Assembly (NCBI GenBank): GCA_051313645.2
Contig: JBNRSN020000001.1
Location: 582,738,001 to 582,802,000 of the forward strand
Origin: Centroscyllium fabricii
Lineage: Eukaryota
Reading direction: 5' to 3'
DNA: 64,000 bases
Shown here: positions 1-11,800 of the stretch, in pieces
Position numbering within the stretch: position 1 is the stretch's first letter
Layout of the letters: the number at the start of each line of letters is the position of its first letter
Position numbers and translations under genes: made by a program
The notes under the pieces: model-generated
Told to the model about the DNA's origin: nothing
Database searches by the model: none
Seen by the model: the letters and a program-made list of their open reading frames with translations, nothing else

Positions 1-604
1 CACGCCAGGCGGGGTCACATGTAGCGTGACATAAACCCAATATCACGGTTGAGGCCGTGCTCATGGGTGCTCATGGTTCCGCACCCATGAGCACGGCCTC
101 AACCGTGATATTGGGTTTATGTCACGCTACATGTGACCCCGCCTGGCGTGGAGTCGTCCAGACCCGAACCATCTTTGGCTTGCTCTGCAATTTTGAGTAA
201 GAAAAATCATGGTTTTTATAAAAAAAGTAATACTGTGGGACTTACAGCAGACTAGCGTTAGGCCCTGTGACTGCACCCCTTTGATGTGTTTTTTTTTTGC
301 TTTAATAAGGGGGGAAAAAAATCATTCTGTGTGTTTTGAGCATGTGACCACCCTTGCAATTGTGCCCCATTGTTCGCAGATTGAGGTGTTAAGGTATGCT
401 AATATGCTTGTGTGCTCTAGGGGAAGAGGTCGGATTTCTCCCTTCCTCCGATATGTGTGATCTTTAAATCAGTCTCTTCTGTCACCTGAGGAAGGAGCAG
501 CGCTCCGAAAGCTTGTGATTTAAAATAAAACGTTGGACTATAAACCTGGTGTTGTGTGACTTTTTGCATTTGTCCACCCCAGTCCAACACCGGCACCTCC
601 ACAT
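1..604 (+). mobile_element. Penelope-like element 3' fragment (77-604) with head-to-head inverted copy (1-70, continuing off-window)
   Basis: 77-136 translates FRTHEHGLNRDIGFMSRYM*, typical of a PLE GIY-YIG C-terminus. It is followed by a pLTR-like region with a hammerhead and AATAAA. Bases 1-70 are the exact reverse complement of 81-150. Confidence 0.8.
482..518 (+). ncRNA. Minimal type-I hammerhead ribozyme motif (PLE-associated)
   Basis: Stem I TCAC(482-485)/GTGA(515-518), core CTGAGGA(486-492), stem II GGAGC/GCTCC, GAAA(507-510), palindromic AGCT stem III, UH = TT(513-514). Confidence 0.8.
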
Positions 605-699
605 TATGTCAACTTCATCAGAACCTTCTATTCCTTTCCCCCTCATGTAGCTTCCTATTAATGTCCCTTACATTGGACGACACAGTTCCTCATGCTCAG

Positions 700-900
700 C
701 ATTATAAACAGAAATTGCTGGAGATGAAGAGCAGGGCTGAAAGGAGAGAAGACAGCAGGTTATTTAGGTCAAGCCCCTTTGTCAGAATGGTTCTGACAAG
801 GAGTCTGCACCTGAAATGTTTGGCTGTCTTCTCTCTCTTCACATGCTGACAATCTGCTGTTTGTCTTCAACATTTTCCCTTTCCATTATTTCAGATTTTG
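700..900. mobile_element. Degenerate inverted dimer of PLE pLTR/hammerhead-type repeat
   Basis: Arms ...acagaaattgctgg...gtcagaa and ttctgac...ctgaaatgtt...cattttc are diverged reverse complements, with a decayed CTGA..GAAA core at about 793-820. Confidence 0.5.
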
Positions 901-1322
901 TCAGGATTTTCTTGTTATCTCCTAATGCTCGAGGCCAAACTGAGAGGGTGGTATTTGTCTGTTCCGCAATCTCCTGTTTTCGGTAGAATTCCCAGGACAT
1001 ATTTAACTGCGCGAAATCCTTTCCTGTACTCAACAAGAAAAGATAAGGAATGTTATTTTTCCTTAGCTTAGTTTCTGGTAAAAAAAAGCTGTTCCCCCCA
1101 AATGATTTAATTATCTTTCAAACTGTATGTTTGCATGGGATGAATCCTACTCATGGGCTTACTGCTTTTATGCGATTGTAAAACTAATATGTGCCTACAC
1201 TATTTGGACAGAATTAGACCCAAGTTGAGCTGCACTTTAAAGACAGTGCACAATAAATCAACGCAGGCGTGAACTAAAATTAATTTTAAATTAACTGCCT
1301 TTTATTGATGCATTTAAGGGGA

Positions 1323-1460
1323 AACATAGAAACATAGAAGATAGGAGCAGGAGTAGGCCATTCGGCCCTTCGAGCCTGCTCCGTCATTCAATGAGATCAT
1401 GGCTGATCATCCAAACTCAGCACCCTGCCCCTGCCCTCTCCACTTATCCCTCGATCCCTA
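1323..1460 (-). mobile_element. CR1/HER1-type LINE 3' end
   Basis: (aacatag)n tail plus gataggagcaggagtaggccattcggccc, shared with copies at 8845, 18255 and 52378. Confidence 0.8.
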
Positions 1461-1727
1461 TCGAGCCTGTATTGACACATATCCCACCCTATCCCCGTAA
1501 CCCCACATATTCAATTCCCCTAACACTAAGGGTCAATTTATCATGGCCAATCAACCTAACCCGCACATCTTTGGACTGTGGGAGGAAACCAGAGCACCTG
1601 GAGGAAACCCATGCAGACACGGGGAGAATGTGCAAACTCCACACAGATAGTACCCAAGGCTGGATTTGAACCCGGGTCTCCAGTGCTGTGAGACAACAGT
1701 GCTACCACTGTGCCACCGTGCCGCCCC
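1461..1727 (-). mobile_element. HE1-like tRNA-derived V-SINE
   Basis: Minus strand has a tRNA-like head (ggggcggcacggtggcacagtgg...gggttcaaatcc; A/B boxes) and the V-domain gtgtggagtttgcacattctccccgtgtctgcatgggtttcctcc. Confidence 0.85.
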
Positions 1728-1764
1728 TAGAAGCTAGATAAACACATGACGGAGGAAGGAATAA

Positions 1765-2030
1765 TCAGTAATAAATCCAATAGGGAATTCAGGAGAGACG
1801 CCTTTACCCAGAGAGTGGTGAGCATGTGGAACTCGCTACCACAGGGAGTGATGGAGGTGAATAGTATCGATGCTCTAAGGGGAAGCTAGACAAGTACATG
1901 AGGGAGAAAGGAATAGAAGGTTATGTTGTTAGAGTTAGATGAAGTAGGGTAGGAGGAGGCTCGTGTGGCACATTAACACCACATAGACCTGTTGAGCCGA
2001 ATGGCCTAGTTCTGTACTGTAAATTATATA
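1765..2030 (+). mobile_element. CR1-type LINE 3' fragment
   Basis: tttacccagagagtggtgagcatgtggaactc...ggccta gttctgtactgta, i.e. the FTQRVV..WNSLP coding end and 3' UTR. Confidence 0.7.
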
Positions 2031-2530
2031 TAAAAGAGCCTCCAAATGTAATTCTATGTAAGCACAAATTTTTGTGTGCGCACTGTTGAATTTGCATCTT
2101 TTAAACAAATCACAGCGTCAAAGTTTACAGCTTTACATTCTACCGAAACAATTTCCCCTCCCACCCCCGTTTGAATGACGTTCTCAGGTTTTTTTTGCTG
2201 TTTTGATTTGACGAGGGACGAGGCTCAAATGGCCCGCTCCTGTCCTTATCTTCCACATGCAGGCTATATATAGAGAAATTCTTCACAAAGGAGTGGCTTA
2301 CAATCTCGTTCCACACAAAGCACAAAGGAAACCCCCACCCAAACCAGTAATAAAAACAGAACGTACATTTGTAATTTAGTTTAATACACTGATTGAAAAA
2401 GAATTAAAAAATTCTGTACTTGTTTTGTTCATACTTTGTCATTAAGGTCAGTAAGAATGCATAAGATACAAATGTGACTGTGTGAATTGTGCCATGGCAG
2501 AGCTTTCATAAACCTCTATTCTGTCCTTAG

Positions 2531-2641
2531 AATTTGGATTGATGGGAGAGCATACAATAAAAAGTCAGCGGCCTCGATCAGTTCATGAGAGAAAGGTCCC
2601 TCAGGAACAAGCTGATGCTGGTAAAATTATGCCACATACTG
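2531..2641 (+). CDS. ADGRB3: ADGRB3/BAI3 internal coding exon (linker before TSR1; [38 protein letters not shown])
   Basis: Acceptor ctgtccttag|, donor G|gtaatt, 111 bp, phase 1-1. Translation closely matches the recalled vertebrate BAI3 [38 protein letters not shown] and joins in frame to the next exon. Confidence 0.93.
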
Positions 2642-3116
2642 GTAATTAATTCAATAGTTCTATTCCTGTCTTCATTTTATCAATTTAACAAACCCACTGC
2701 ATGTTTTCATAAATCTTTATTTTTTTTCTTTTAATCGCGCAGCCGACGTTTCTTGTACGTTAATCGTTTTCTTTAAGATCAGTCACCCCAATGTGTCCAG
2801 AAATACCTTCAAATCAGTAGCTGTACAATGATTGGCAACCGTATTTTGGAAGCACGGTATTAGTACTTTTTTAAAAAGCACCACACCATTGCATGTAAAC
2901 ATTAAATTATCACTTATTTACAGGGGTTTCCACTAGTTTTGCAAAAACAGTAAACCAAAGCAATACTTGGAGAGGGTTTGCCAAGATTAGATATTAATGT
3001 TTATGTGGGAGATTACCAAGGTTTGGGGCCCTTGTTATTTGAGCTTCTTCCTGGTCCTAGACATCTAGGGAAACCCTTGTCTTTAACACATGCCATAGAT
3101 CCTCAAATGATTCACA

Positions 3117-3302
3117 TTGGGTGCAATTGTAACCTGACCCGCCCGTCGAGAAATTGATGGGATCGGTTGTGGTGCAATGCTGGTTTGACACTTCACCTGA
3201 TTTTATTCTCCGTTGAAATCAATATTGGGCGGGGTGTAAAACCGGCGTTCCACACGATCTCGTGGGTTTCCCGCCCGGCTGGTTAGGTTAAAATTACTCC
3301 CA
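3117..3302. mobile_element. Short palindromic MITE-like element
   Basis: Imperfect terminal inverted repeats gggtgcaattgtaacctgacc and ggttaggttaaaattactccc. Confidence 0.5.
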
Positions 3303-5799
3303 GGATCTCTACGGCCATTCATGTCGTCACTCTGTGTTCACTGTTAGAGTGCTAAGAAGTGCATGCTCTCAGGGCTTCCATAGGACTCGTGATGTAGGAG
3401 AACATCTGTGTTAAGATTTCAAGACAAGATTCTGGTCTGTTTCAATTCAGGCGATTGTGATTAACATAGATATTCTTCATCAATTAAAAACCTTTACAAG
3501 TTGTCATATTTTCTGCCTCCGATGAATACTTAAGTCTGTCTAACCATTCAGAAGCTGACTGTTTGTTCAAAGTGCTCATGCCTTCTTTGCCAGCTTGCAT
3601 CAAGTGTGGTTTGAGGGTGAACTTGCCATCGTTCCTTAGCTGATGGAGATGAGCAGTTTTCCAAAGTCACATGTGCGGTGGGGAAAAAGAAAGGCTTTTA
3701 ATTTTGATAACCTTAGGCTGCATGAAAGGCTTTCTTCAACCTATTTCCTCATAGTTTATTAATACAGAATTATATTTTCATTATTATTTTCAGAAAAGAA
3801 TATTCAAAATTTCATGAGCTCACGTGCATTGACATGATCAAGTCCGAATCATTGAGATGTTAAGTGTTTCCAAGATTAATATTTAATAGTCTTAATGGTA
3901 GGTCATCGACATCCCCGTCTCTTTGCTTTGCATTCAGGCTCCAGGGCAGCCTAGTGCTCAAGTTCCCTTTATAGTTCAAAGCGAGTGCTTCTAATGAAGT
4001 AGATGGGCAGCTGGAGCTCAGAGCTAAGAGGAAGAAGGGGGCTGGCAGAGCAAGGGGAGAAGAGGGCACTGATAAAGTCAGCTGACCTCAGTGGGAGCAC
4101 CCTTCCTGCCAGTCAGTCAAGGAGTGACACACACAGCTGTGCTGAAGTAACCTTCAGTTCAGAATGCCTCATCACCCTAACTGAAAGAGGCTGGAGTGCG
4201 GTAAGTAACTTCTTTGAGGTGGTTACGGGAGAAATACCAGGATTTTCAAATGGAACTGCGTAGTTTTATTTATCTTTAATTTTGCATGCTTTCTGCGTTT
4301 AACGTTTCATTTCATCACGCCTGTGCTTCTATATTTGTTGACAAGTTGGTCCAGGACCACCAGTGGACTGTTTCTAATTCACTGCAATGTGCATTGCTTC
4401 AGTACTGGTGTATAACGCAGTTGGTGTTCATTGTACCTTTTTGTCCACTGAATTAGCTAACACTCGAGATCTATAATACATAGATGTGTAAATATATATA
4501 TATTAAAAATAAACACTTTGCTGCACTCTCGCTAACCTGTCTCAGCATCAGACCCCAATTAAATAACCAGTTGCCTCCTTGTTGGCCTTTGACTAAAATG
4601 ATGCAATGTAATTTTTGCAGACTTATTACAAAAATAAGTGACCCATAAAGTCTGCAGAGGAGCAGTTGTGACATGCGGAAATGTGTTACATAGAATGGGA
4701 AGTTATACTGTGTCATTTCTATCTGTATTAAGATACTGTATTATCTTTTTGTTCTGCTTATTATCATAACAGAAGTTAAGCTCATTTAGAAACAGTTATT
4801 GAAGACATAGGTATAAAAAAAGATTGTACTGAGGAGAAACTCAGACTGCAATTCACGTAAAAAAAATTCTTGGCAGTATTGATATTTTAGTAAAATTCAA
4901 GCCCTCAACCTAACCAATGACAAGAGTTGTAGCTTTTGGATTTCCAATCCTGAGTAGACTGTATAACAAGAGCAGGGGCTGCATCATTACTTCTGGCGAC
5001 ATAATTACTTCACTGTGTTGCCTTCCCTAACTAACTTAAGCTCAAGCACCAAGTTAATGGACTTTGGTGTCTTAAAATCCACATGCACTTTGGAAATATT
5101 AGGAGCTTCATTCTCTCTTTCTTGATTATTGCCCCGACTATTTCAGGACATGTTTATCATTTTGATTAAACCTCTGTGAGCTCAGGTATACGTGGGAGCT
5201 AGGGTCTTTAACCCAGCTGGGTTAATGCAATAACAGTCCAAGGGTTTTATGAGGCACAATGAAAGAGCCAAGAGTCGCTCAAGATAGTTACATAGAAACA
5301 GAAAGAAAGCACGGTGCTGACAATGATGCTTTGGCTTCTCTTATTGGTTTTGAGCCTGGAAATGACTGTTGTTGATATTAGGGGATGAACACTTACATGG
5401 GCTAACATCTCTGCTAAACCAGAGATGTCACGCAAACACATTAATATCGCCAACAGTACTTCCTAGCTATCAGACTTTGTTTAATAAAAAAAGACTTCAA
5501 TTTTTTCACTGTTATGGCGATACGGTAGCACCACAGCAGAATTTTGGGCCAGGCTGCTCCCGTTCCCCATCCCCCACCCACCACATTAAGAGCTACAGAA
5601 ATATGTGCTTCAGCTTTTCGTAAAGGCTTTAATAAAGAAAGGAATAGCTTTGTTTAATTTTTCAATAGAAACATTTTTTAAAGATATATTTTCTGGCTTT
5701 GGTTACTTGCTGTTTTTTTTAATTCTTTTCTGTTCTGCTTATTAAATCTCCTTAGCTAGGAGTTTCCTAATAATTGGATAAAACTACAAATCTAGCATA

Positions 5800-6030
5800 A
5801 AAATACACAGTGCTGGATACCCACAGAAGGTTAATCCGCATCTGGAAAGACGAAAGACAGGTTAATGTTTTGGCCACAGACCTGTTACCAAAACTGAAAG
5901 TTCAGTACTAACGACGGGTTTTCAGTTTTGCTGAAAAGTCCACATCCGAAATTTAATAACCTGCCTTCTCTCTTTAAAGGTCCTGACTGACCTGCTGTGT
6001 AGTGCCAGCATTTTTGGTTCTCCTTTCCAG
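5800..6030. mobile_element. Second degenerate inverted dimer of pLTR/hammerhead-type repeat
   Basis: Left arm tgctggatac...gcatctgg...gttaatgttt and right arm gaaatttaataac...ctgactgacctgctg...ccagcattttt are diverged reverse complements of the same family as 700-900. Confidence 0.45.
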
Positions 6031-6345
6031 CTGCCACTCACATTAAGCACCAAAGGTCAAGCCCTAGCCATTTCCAATATTTGAAGATTGGGCTGGGGCA
6101 CCCTATGGAGCGCCCTGCTTACTGGTGACTGGCAGTGATCTGTGCTATACTGCCCACTGATGCAAACATTGCACTTCCCCACTTGAGTAGCAGCATGGAG
6201 GGTGGAAGGAATCTGAAATAAAAAGCATAATCATTGAAATAAACGCTGTTATCTTCTCTAAAATCCCATGGTTCCTTTATATAGAGATTCTAGACATAAA
6301 ATTATATTTGATTACCAAAGGTGGGGGGGGGGGGGGGGAGACATT

Positions 6346-7111
6346 GGCCCAGAAATTAGCCTTGGAGCCTTCCTGCGAGTGCAAGGCTCCAAGGTACACT
6401 TACCCTGCACTTTTGCCGTTTTGAAATTCTACACTGTGAACTCCCGAGTTGTGCAGCTGCTGAAAGTTCTAAGCGACCTGCTGGTGCAACTCAATAGTGC
6501 AGTTAGTCCGAGATATCGCACGAGACCACGTGATCGGCAGAGAGCCAATCAATGGAAGCAATCTTCCATTCATAACTTACACGGAGAAATCTGTGTAAGT
6601 TTTGAAAAGGAAGAGCTTCAAAAACACATCTAAACACAAAAATAAAATTTAAAAAACACCACATTTTTTTAACAATACTCTAACTAACATAAATTCCCTA
6701 TTTTAAAGAAAAAATAAAAAACTAGAAAAAATAATTAAAGTCTTTAACTGGCCTAAAAGAATACTTACCTGTCTTTAAAGTTTAAAAACATTAAAAACCT
6801 GTAAAAACAATACTTAAATTCTATAAAATAAAGACTTACCTGCTAAAAACAGGTGCTTACGTCTGATATTTTTAAGTGTAAAATCTTCAATACTTACCCC
6901 GATAAAAAACTCGGAAAAAAATCGGAAGTGCACTGCGCACCTCCTGGTGCACAGCCGAACGCGATCCAGCTCGCAGCAGCTCTCGACCCCCCCACTGGCC
7001 GCCTTCGGAATTGCAGGTAGCTGCTGGAAATGGCTGCTCCCTGCAATTCGGAGCTCGGGTGCGCTAACACCCGGCTCAAAAACCTCCTGTGCTCATCGGA
7101 ATTTCTAGCCC
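6346..7111 (+). mobile_element. Non-autonomous DNA transposon copy A (about 750 bp family)
   Basis: TIRs ggcccagaaatt / aatttctagccc. Aligns end to end by eye with 21306-22044 and 33282-34047. Flanks ATT/ACT. Confidence 0.8.
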
Positions 7112-8107
7112 ACTCTTTACTAATTATTGTGTCTTTGGAAATTTGCTTCAGGACTTTCAAAGATAACCATACAGCAATACATAGGACAGTTGATAACCCT
7201 GTAGTTAATGTGTCAGTGCACCTGAAAACAATTTAGATTTTTATGATTTATAATGCATACTTCGAAGATGCAGAATGACTAGTCTAATATCGCAGGAACA
7301 TCTTACATTAAAGTGTTAGTGGGACCCAGCCATTTCCACGAATAGCCTCGAGGAGATGTCATTATCTGCCATTAATGCTTGTTTTCTGACCTCTATTAAT
7401 TTTGTTATGAGATTACTTCTCAAATGTAACTGGGGTTTCCATTCGAAATGACAAGGGATTCCTGAGATGATCTACACAGTGGCTTTTAGCCTGCAAAAAT
7501 GAAAGTGTAACTCTGAAGTCAGGTCCCTGTCTGATTCTGAAATGCAGCAATGGAAGACCCTCTGAACCCCTCTCGCCCCATCACCTGTTCTCTCTCCCCC
7601 GCCCCGGGTCAGGGAGGCCAGCTCCCAGCATTTGGGCTTGACACAGCATGCAGTATAACTTCAGCGCACTGAGATTCTGGGTTTAATAAAGTGATTGGAC
7701 AGTCCAGTGAAGCTCCAGGGGCACTTTAGAAGATGACTAGAGAAGCTGTTTTTCATTTTGAAAAGCTGGACAGTTCCCACCAGTGGTCTCGACCTTTGAA
7801 AAGTATCCGCAGGAGCCAAGAAACGGTGGTTCCAGCCAGACACCATCAATCAGGAGTTGCTGGTTGCAAGTTTCAGACCTGCAGCACAGTATAGCCAGAA
7901 CCTTCCATTCAATTATCATTCCAAACTGGTTTCGAAGATCGATCGGGAAATCTTAACAGCTGCTCCTTCCAATTTCCTCACGGTTATAGTTTCTATTTGT
8001 GACACAAGATTGCATACAGTGTCTGTCCTGTTTATTCTTGGTGCTATTGTATTATTGTAATGGGGCTGATGCTGTTTAATAATTGTTGTGTCACTCTTTA
8101 TATACAG

Positions 8108-8269
8108 GAGACCCTGTTACAGAAGAATGGACCCAGTGGAGTATGTGTTCAGTAACATGTGGTCAAGGGTCGCAGGTGCGAACCAGAGCTTGTGTATCAT
8201 CTTACGGGATACTGTGCAGCGTGCCTTTAAGAGAATCAAGGGTTTGCAATAACACTGTCCTCTGTCCAG
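8108..8269 (+). CDS. ADGRB3: ADGRB3 exon encoding TSR1 ([53 protein letters not shown])
   Basis: tatacag| acceptor, CCAG|gtagt donor, 162 bp, phase 1-1. WxxWxxC, CSVTCG and RxRxC thrombospondin type-1 motifs. Confidence 0.95.
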
Positions 8270-8844
8270 GTAGTGTTAGCAATGGATGAGTAAAAGTATG
8301 GATGTTTAATTATATGACTCGATATATAGACAAGAAGACCAAAAAATCATTCTGAAATCATTTTGCTCCTGTTGCCATTTGTTTTTTTTTCCATGCGATT
8401 GAATGTTTAGGCATTTTACCTGTTCTAAGCTAAAACCAGTGTGAAAGTCGAAAATCTTTTAAATTGGTATCACAATGATATGTTTGTGACTGACAAGATA
8501 CTGCACAACCCACACAGTGTGGTGGCCACATAATTTCAATGCTTTCAATTAGACCTGTCAACAAATCGCACTGTTTAAGCTAAAACATAAGGTAAATTGG
8601 AATATTTCTTGTCATTATGCCACCATCAGTTGTACGGAAGCCTGTTCAGCTTTATTTATTTATTTATTTCGGCACCTTTCTGAAGAACCTGAACTGTTTA
8701 CATTCTGATTTCTCTGTTAACTGGCTGGCGTACGGCTGGTGCAATATTGTTCGATGGCGATTGCTTGAATATTTTAAAATGACTTGTTGTTTTGTTCAAG
8801 ATCGAGACCATAATTACTCGAGCCAACTTCATCACAGCGGAACT

Positions 8845-9135
8845 AAGAACATAAGAACATAAGAAATAGGAGCAGGAGTCGGCCATATGGCCCCTCGAGC
8901 CTGCTCCGCCATTCAATAAGATCATGGCTGATCATTGACCTCAACTCCACTTTCCCGCCCAATCTCCATATCCCTTGATTCCCCTAGAGTCCAAAAATCT
9001 CTCTATCTCGGCCTTCAATGTACTCAAAGACTCAGCATTCATAATTCTTTGGGGTAGAGAATTCTATAGATTTGCAACCCTCTGAGTGAAGAAATTCCTC
9101 CTTATCTCGGTCTTAAATGACCGACCCCTTATCCT
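8845..9135 (-). mobile_element. CR1/HER1-type LINE 3' fragment
   Basis: (taagaaca)n tail. Minus ORF RIRGRSFKTEIRRNFFTQRVANL. Confidence 0.85.
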
Positions 9136-10889
9136 TATCAGTATCGGGGGAGAAAACAAAAATGAAGCAATGAAAGGAAAATATATATCTACTGGCAATA
9201 ATGGACCCAGTGAACTGTCAGAGCGTGTTAGCATTCGATTAGGATTCTTAGCACTAGAATAGAACAGAACAGTGATGCAATCAAACCTAATTTGCATTCT
9301 TTCCAAATGCAGAAAATGTCTGTTATATAACTGCAGATAAATTTAGTTCCAAACCTATTTTTTTGCCTCACACTGTAATTTACTACAGGTAGTGCTATGA
9401 GCTAACAAGCCTGTGTTCACTTCAGGGTTGGGTTGTAACACATCCAATACTGGACAGGTGAGGGCCAAGGGCTTGCACAGCCACATGAAATGGGTTCCTG
9501 CTTTTCTTGGTGGGATTTGGGCAGGTGCAGCAGCACAGGGCAACAAATTCCATCCTGACATCCTCACGAGCACGCTGGCACTGTGGAAATCTTGCCCGAA
9601 CGAGAGTGCGTTTGCTTTGAAATCATTCTCGGGGGCGGGCATTGCTGGCGAGATCGCCATTGATATTGCCCATCTCCCCTGGCCTTCTCGAACCACCACA
9701 GTCCATGTGGTGTTCGTAGCGGTTTGAGGCAACCAAGTGGATCGCTAGGCCCCCTTCGGCGGACAGCTAAGAGTCAACCACGTCGAGAATCCCGCTGCTT
9801 CTAATGTGTACAATCCCGTGGGATGAATGGATTTACCAATTGGCAGTAGATTTTCCGAAGTTCTCTGGCCATTGCTAAAGATTAATTCGCTGATCTTTAC
9901 GACTGCTCTAGCTTTAGATCACTGTTTATTTAAGCAAAAAAGGGGCCTATGCACGGTTCCAGGGAAACAAGCGTGGTGAGTTGGATTGAAAGATATGTCT
10001 GTCAAGTTCAGTCCTTCAAATTGAACTGTCTCAATTCAGTACCCTCCTACAAGACACAGGGAAGTTCTTTATTACTGTTCAGTTACTGTTTTAGCCACTC
10101 CTACTTGATAAATAAAGTTGAAAATTGACGCTAAGGTAAAGAATAACCTAATCAAAGTCCCCGTTCAAGGTGTACAGTGTTGCTTACTGCGGTTGGGTTT
10201 TATTATTTTGGCCAAGAGTCACCCAGCAGTAGTAAAGTGTAATGCCAGCACTAAGCTTACCCAGTGGTTCTGTTGGTGAAGGCAGTGCTCAGCTGGGCTG
10301 TAGTGACAAGAAAGATCCAGGCTAGGATGACAATAGGGACACTACAACTGTCTGAGCTGGGAGGTTAATGGAAGGGGAAAGTGGCCAGGGTTCGAGCTCA
10401 TAATTGCTCTCTACTGATCCCAGCTGGAAGATACACCATGTATATTTGTGGAGAGCAGGGTCATTCTCAGGTGTGGTGCCCTCATGGTTGAATAACCTGC
10501 CAACACTCACTGTCCAGGCTCACACATGATTGCCACCCACTTGAGTGAGGTATAGTTGTGGACTTGCATTCTAATAAGAGTCAAAGCATTCAAGAGAGAT
10601 GGGGGGGACAAGCCAATAGCAACAGGGCTGTACAGTGAAACTGGAACCCTTATTTAGACACCCCTTCTGTTTTGTTATTCTTGCTACTTGCTGGCTGAAT
10701 ACAATTTTGCCCTGAATTCCCCAGTGATTTTACTGTTACCCTTAGGCAATAATGACATCTGTTCATTTACTGCTTGCTGAGAGTGGTGATTGGTTAACAG
10801 CGAGTCACATGTTAGATACCTTGTGAGGATCTCCTCTATTAACAGAGCCATTTTAACCAGTTTGCATGCTGCACCTGCCAACAAACATT

Positions 10890-11800
10890 AGGGGGGGGGG
10901 GGGTTGCGCAGTGCCTGAGTGCGGATTTCTGACGGGGCGGGGACTAAAATCACAATTCCAGCGGGCGGGAAGCCGCCCCGCCGGATCCCCGCCCATTTGC
11001 GATTTTCCTCGGGTGGGTTTTGCCGCCCCGAATGTTTCCCGCTGGCGGGGATGCACAATGAGCTCGTTGATGACCCTTAATTGGACAGGTAATCCTATTT
11101 TAAGGGCCCTCAGCTATTTTAATCCTCTTCCCACCCAAAACCCGCCTGGTGGGAACCTCGCCATTGAAAGGGGGTGGGCACCCAATCGGCTGAGTGACTG
11201 CCACCTTCAAGGCATGGGCACAGTAGGCACTCAGCAGCTTGCTTGCCTCCACCATGTTGGAGGTGCAGCTGCCACCCAAGGGTGGTAAAATGCAGTGCCC
11301 CCAAAAGTTGAAATCACTCACCTTCATCTGTGTCCCTGCCATTCATAGACATCATGCTGCGGAGGTGTCTGTGAAGCAAGCTGTCAATCACCCAGGGGAT
11401 CAGTTTCTGTTTACATTCCATTGAAACCACAAACAAACCGTGAACCACTTGAAGTGTTTGCTTTGTGGTTTCAATGTTTGCTTTGGGCTTTGAGAGCACA
11501 ATGCTGTGTCAACATTGAAAGAAAGGAACCATTTGAGAACTGTCAATCAGGCTTAGTGGTTTCTTACTACTGAAACTCCTCAGGCCTGTCAATCAGCAGG
11601 CCGCCCCCATTCAAACTGTCAAAGGACCGCGCAGCCTTCCAGACTCAAAGTGTCTATTGAAAACAGAGCAGACCGACGGGGATTTAATTGGCCACTTGAG
11701 GCAAAATCGTTCGGCCCTCCCAGGTCCTTGGGTGGGCAGGATAGAAAGCTGACCCGCCCAAAACCCGACAGCTTCCCACACCTTTGTAAAAATCACCCCC
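10890..11800. mobile_element. GC-rich non-autonomous DNA transposon-like segment(s)
   Basis: GC/CpG-rich island with ccc/ggg ends (…aaaaatcaccccc) and internal short inverted repeats. Boundaries approximate. Confidence 0.35.

Noticed and set aside
1655-1727. tRNA gene
   Set aside because: It is the tRNA-derived head of a V-SINE and continues into the SINE body.
6268-6633. 121-aa ORF with similar ORFs at 33240 and elsewhere
   Set aside because: Similarity reflects copies of the non-autonomous transposon; no transposase motifs and the frames are not conserved.
6761-6771. U1 snRNA gene (ATACTTACCTG)
   Set aside because: Only the first 11 nt match, the rest of U1 is absent, and the motif is part of a repeated transposon.
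10255-10610. Possible ancient SINE-like repeat
   Set aside because: Too degenerate to assign or bound without a library search.
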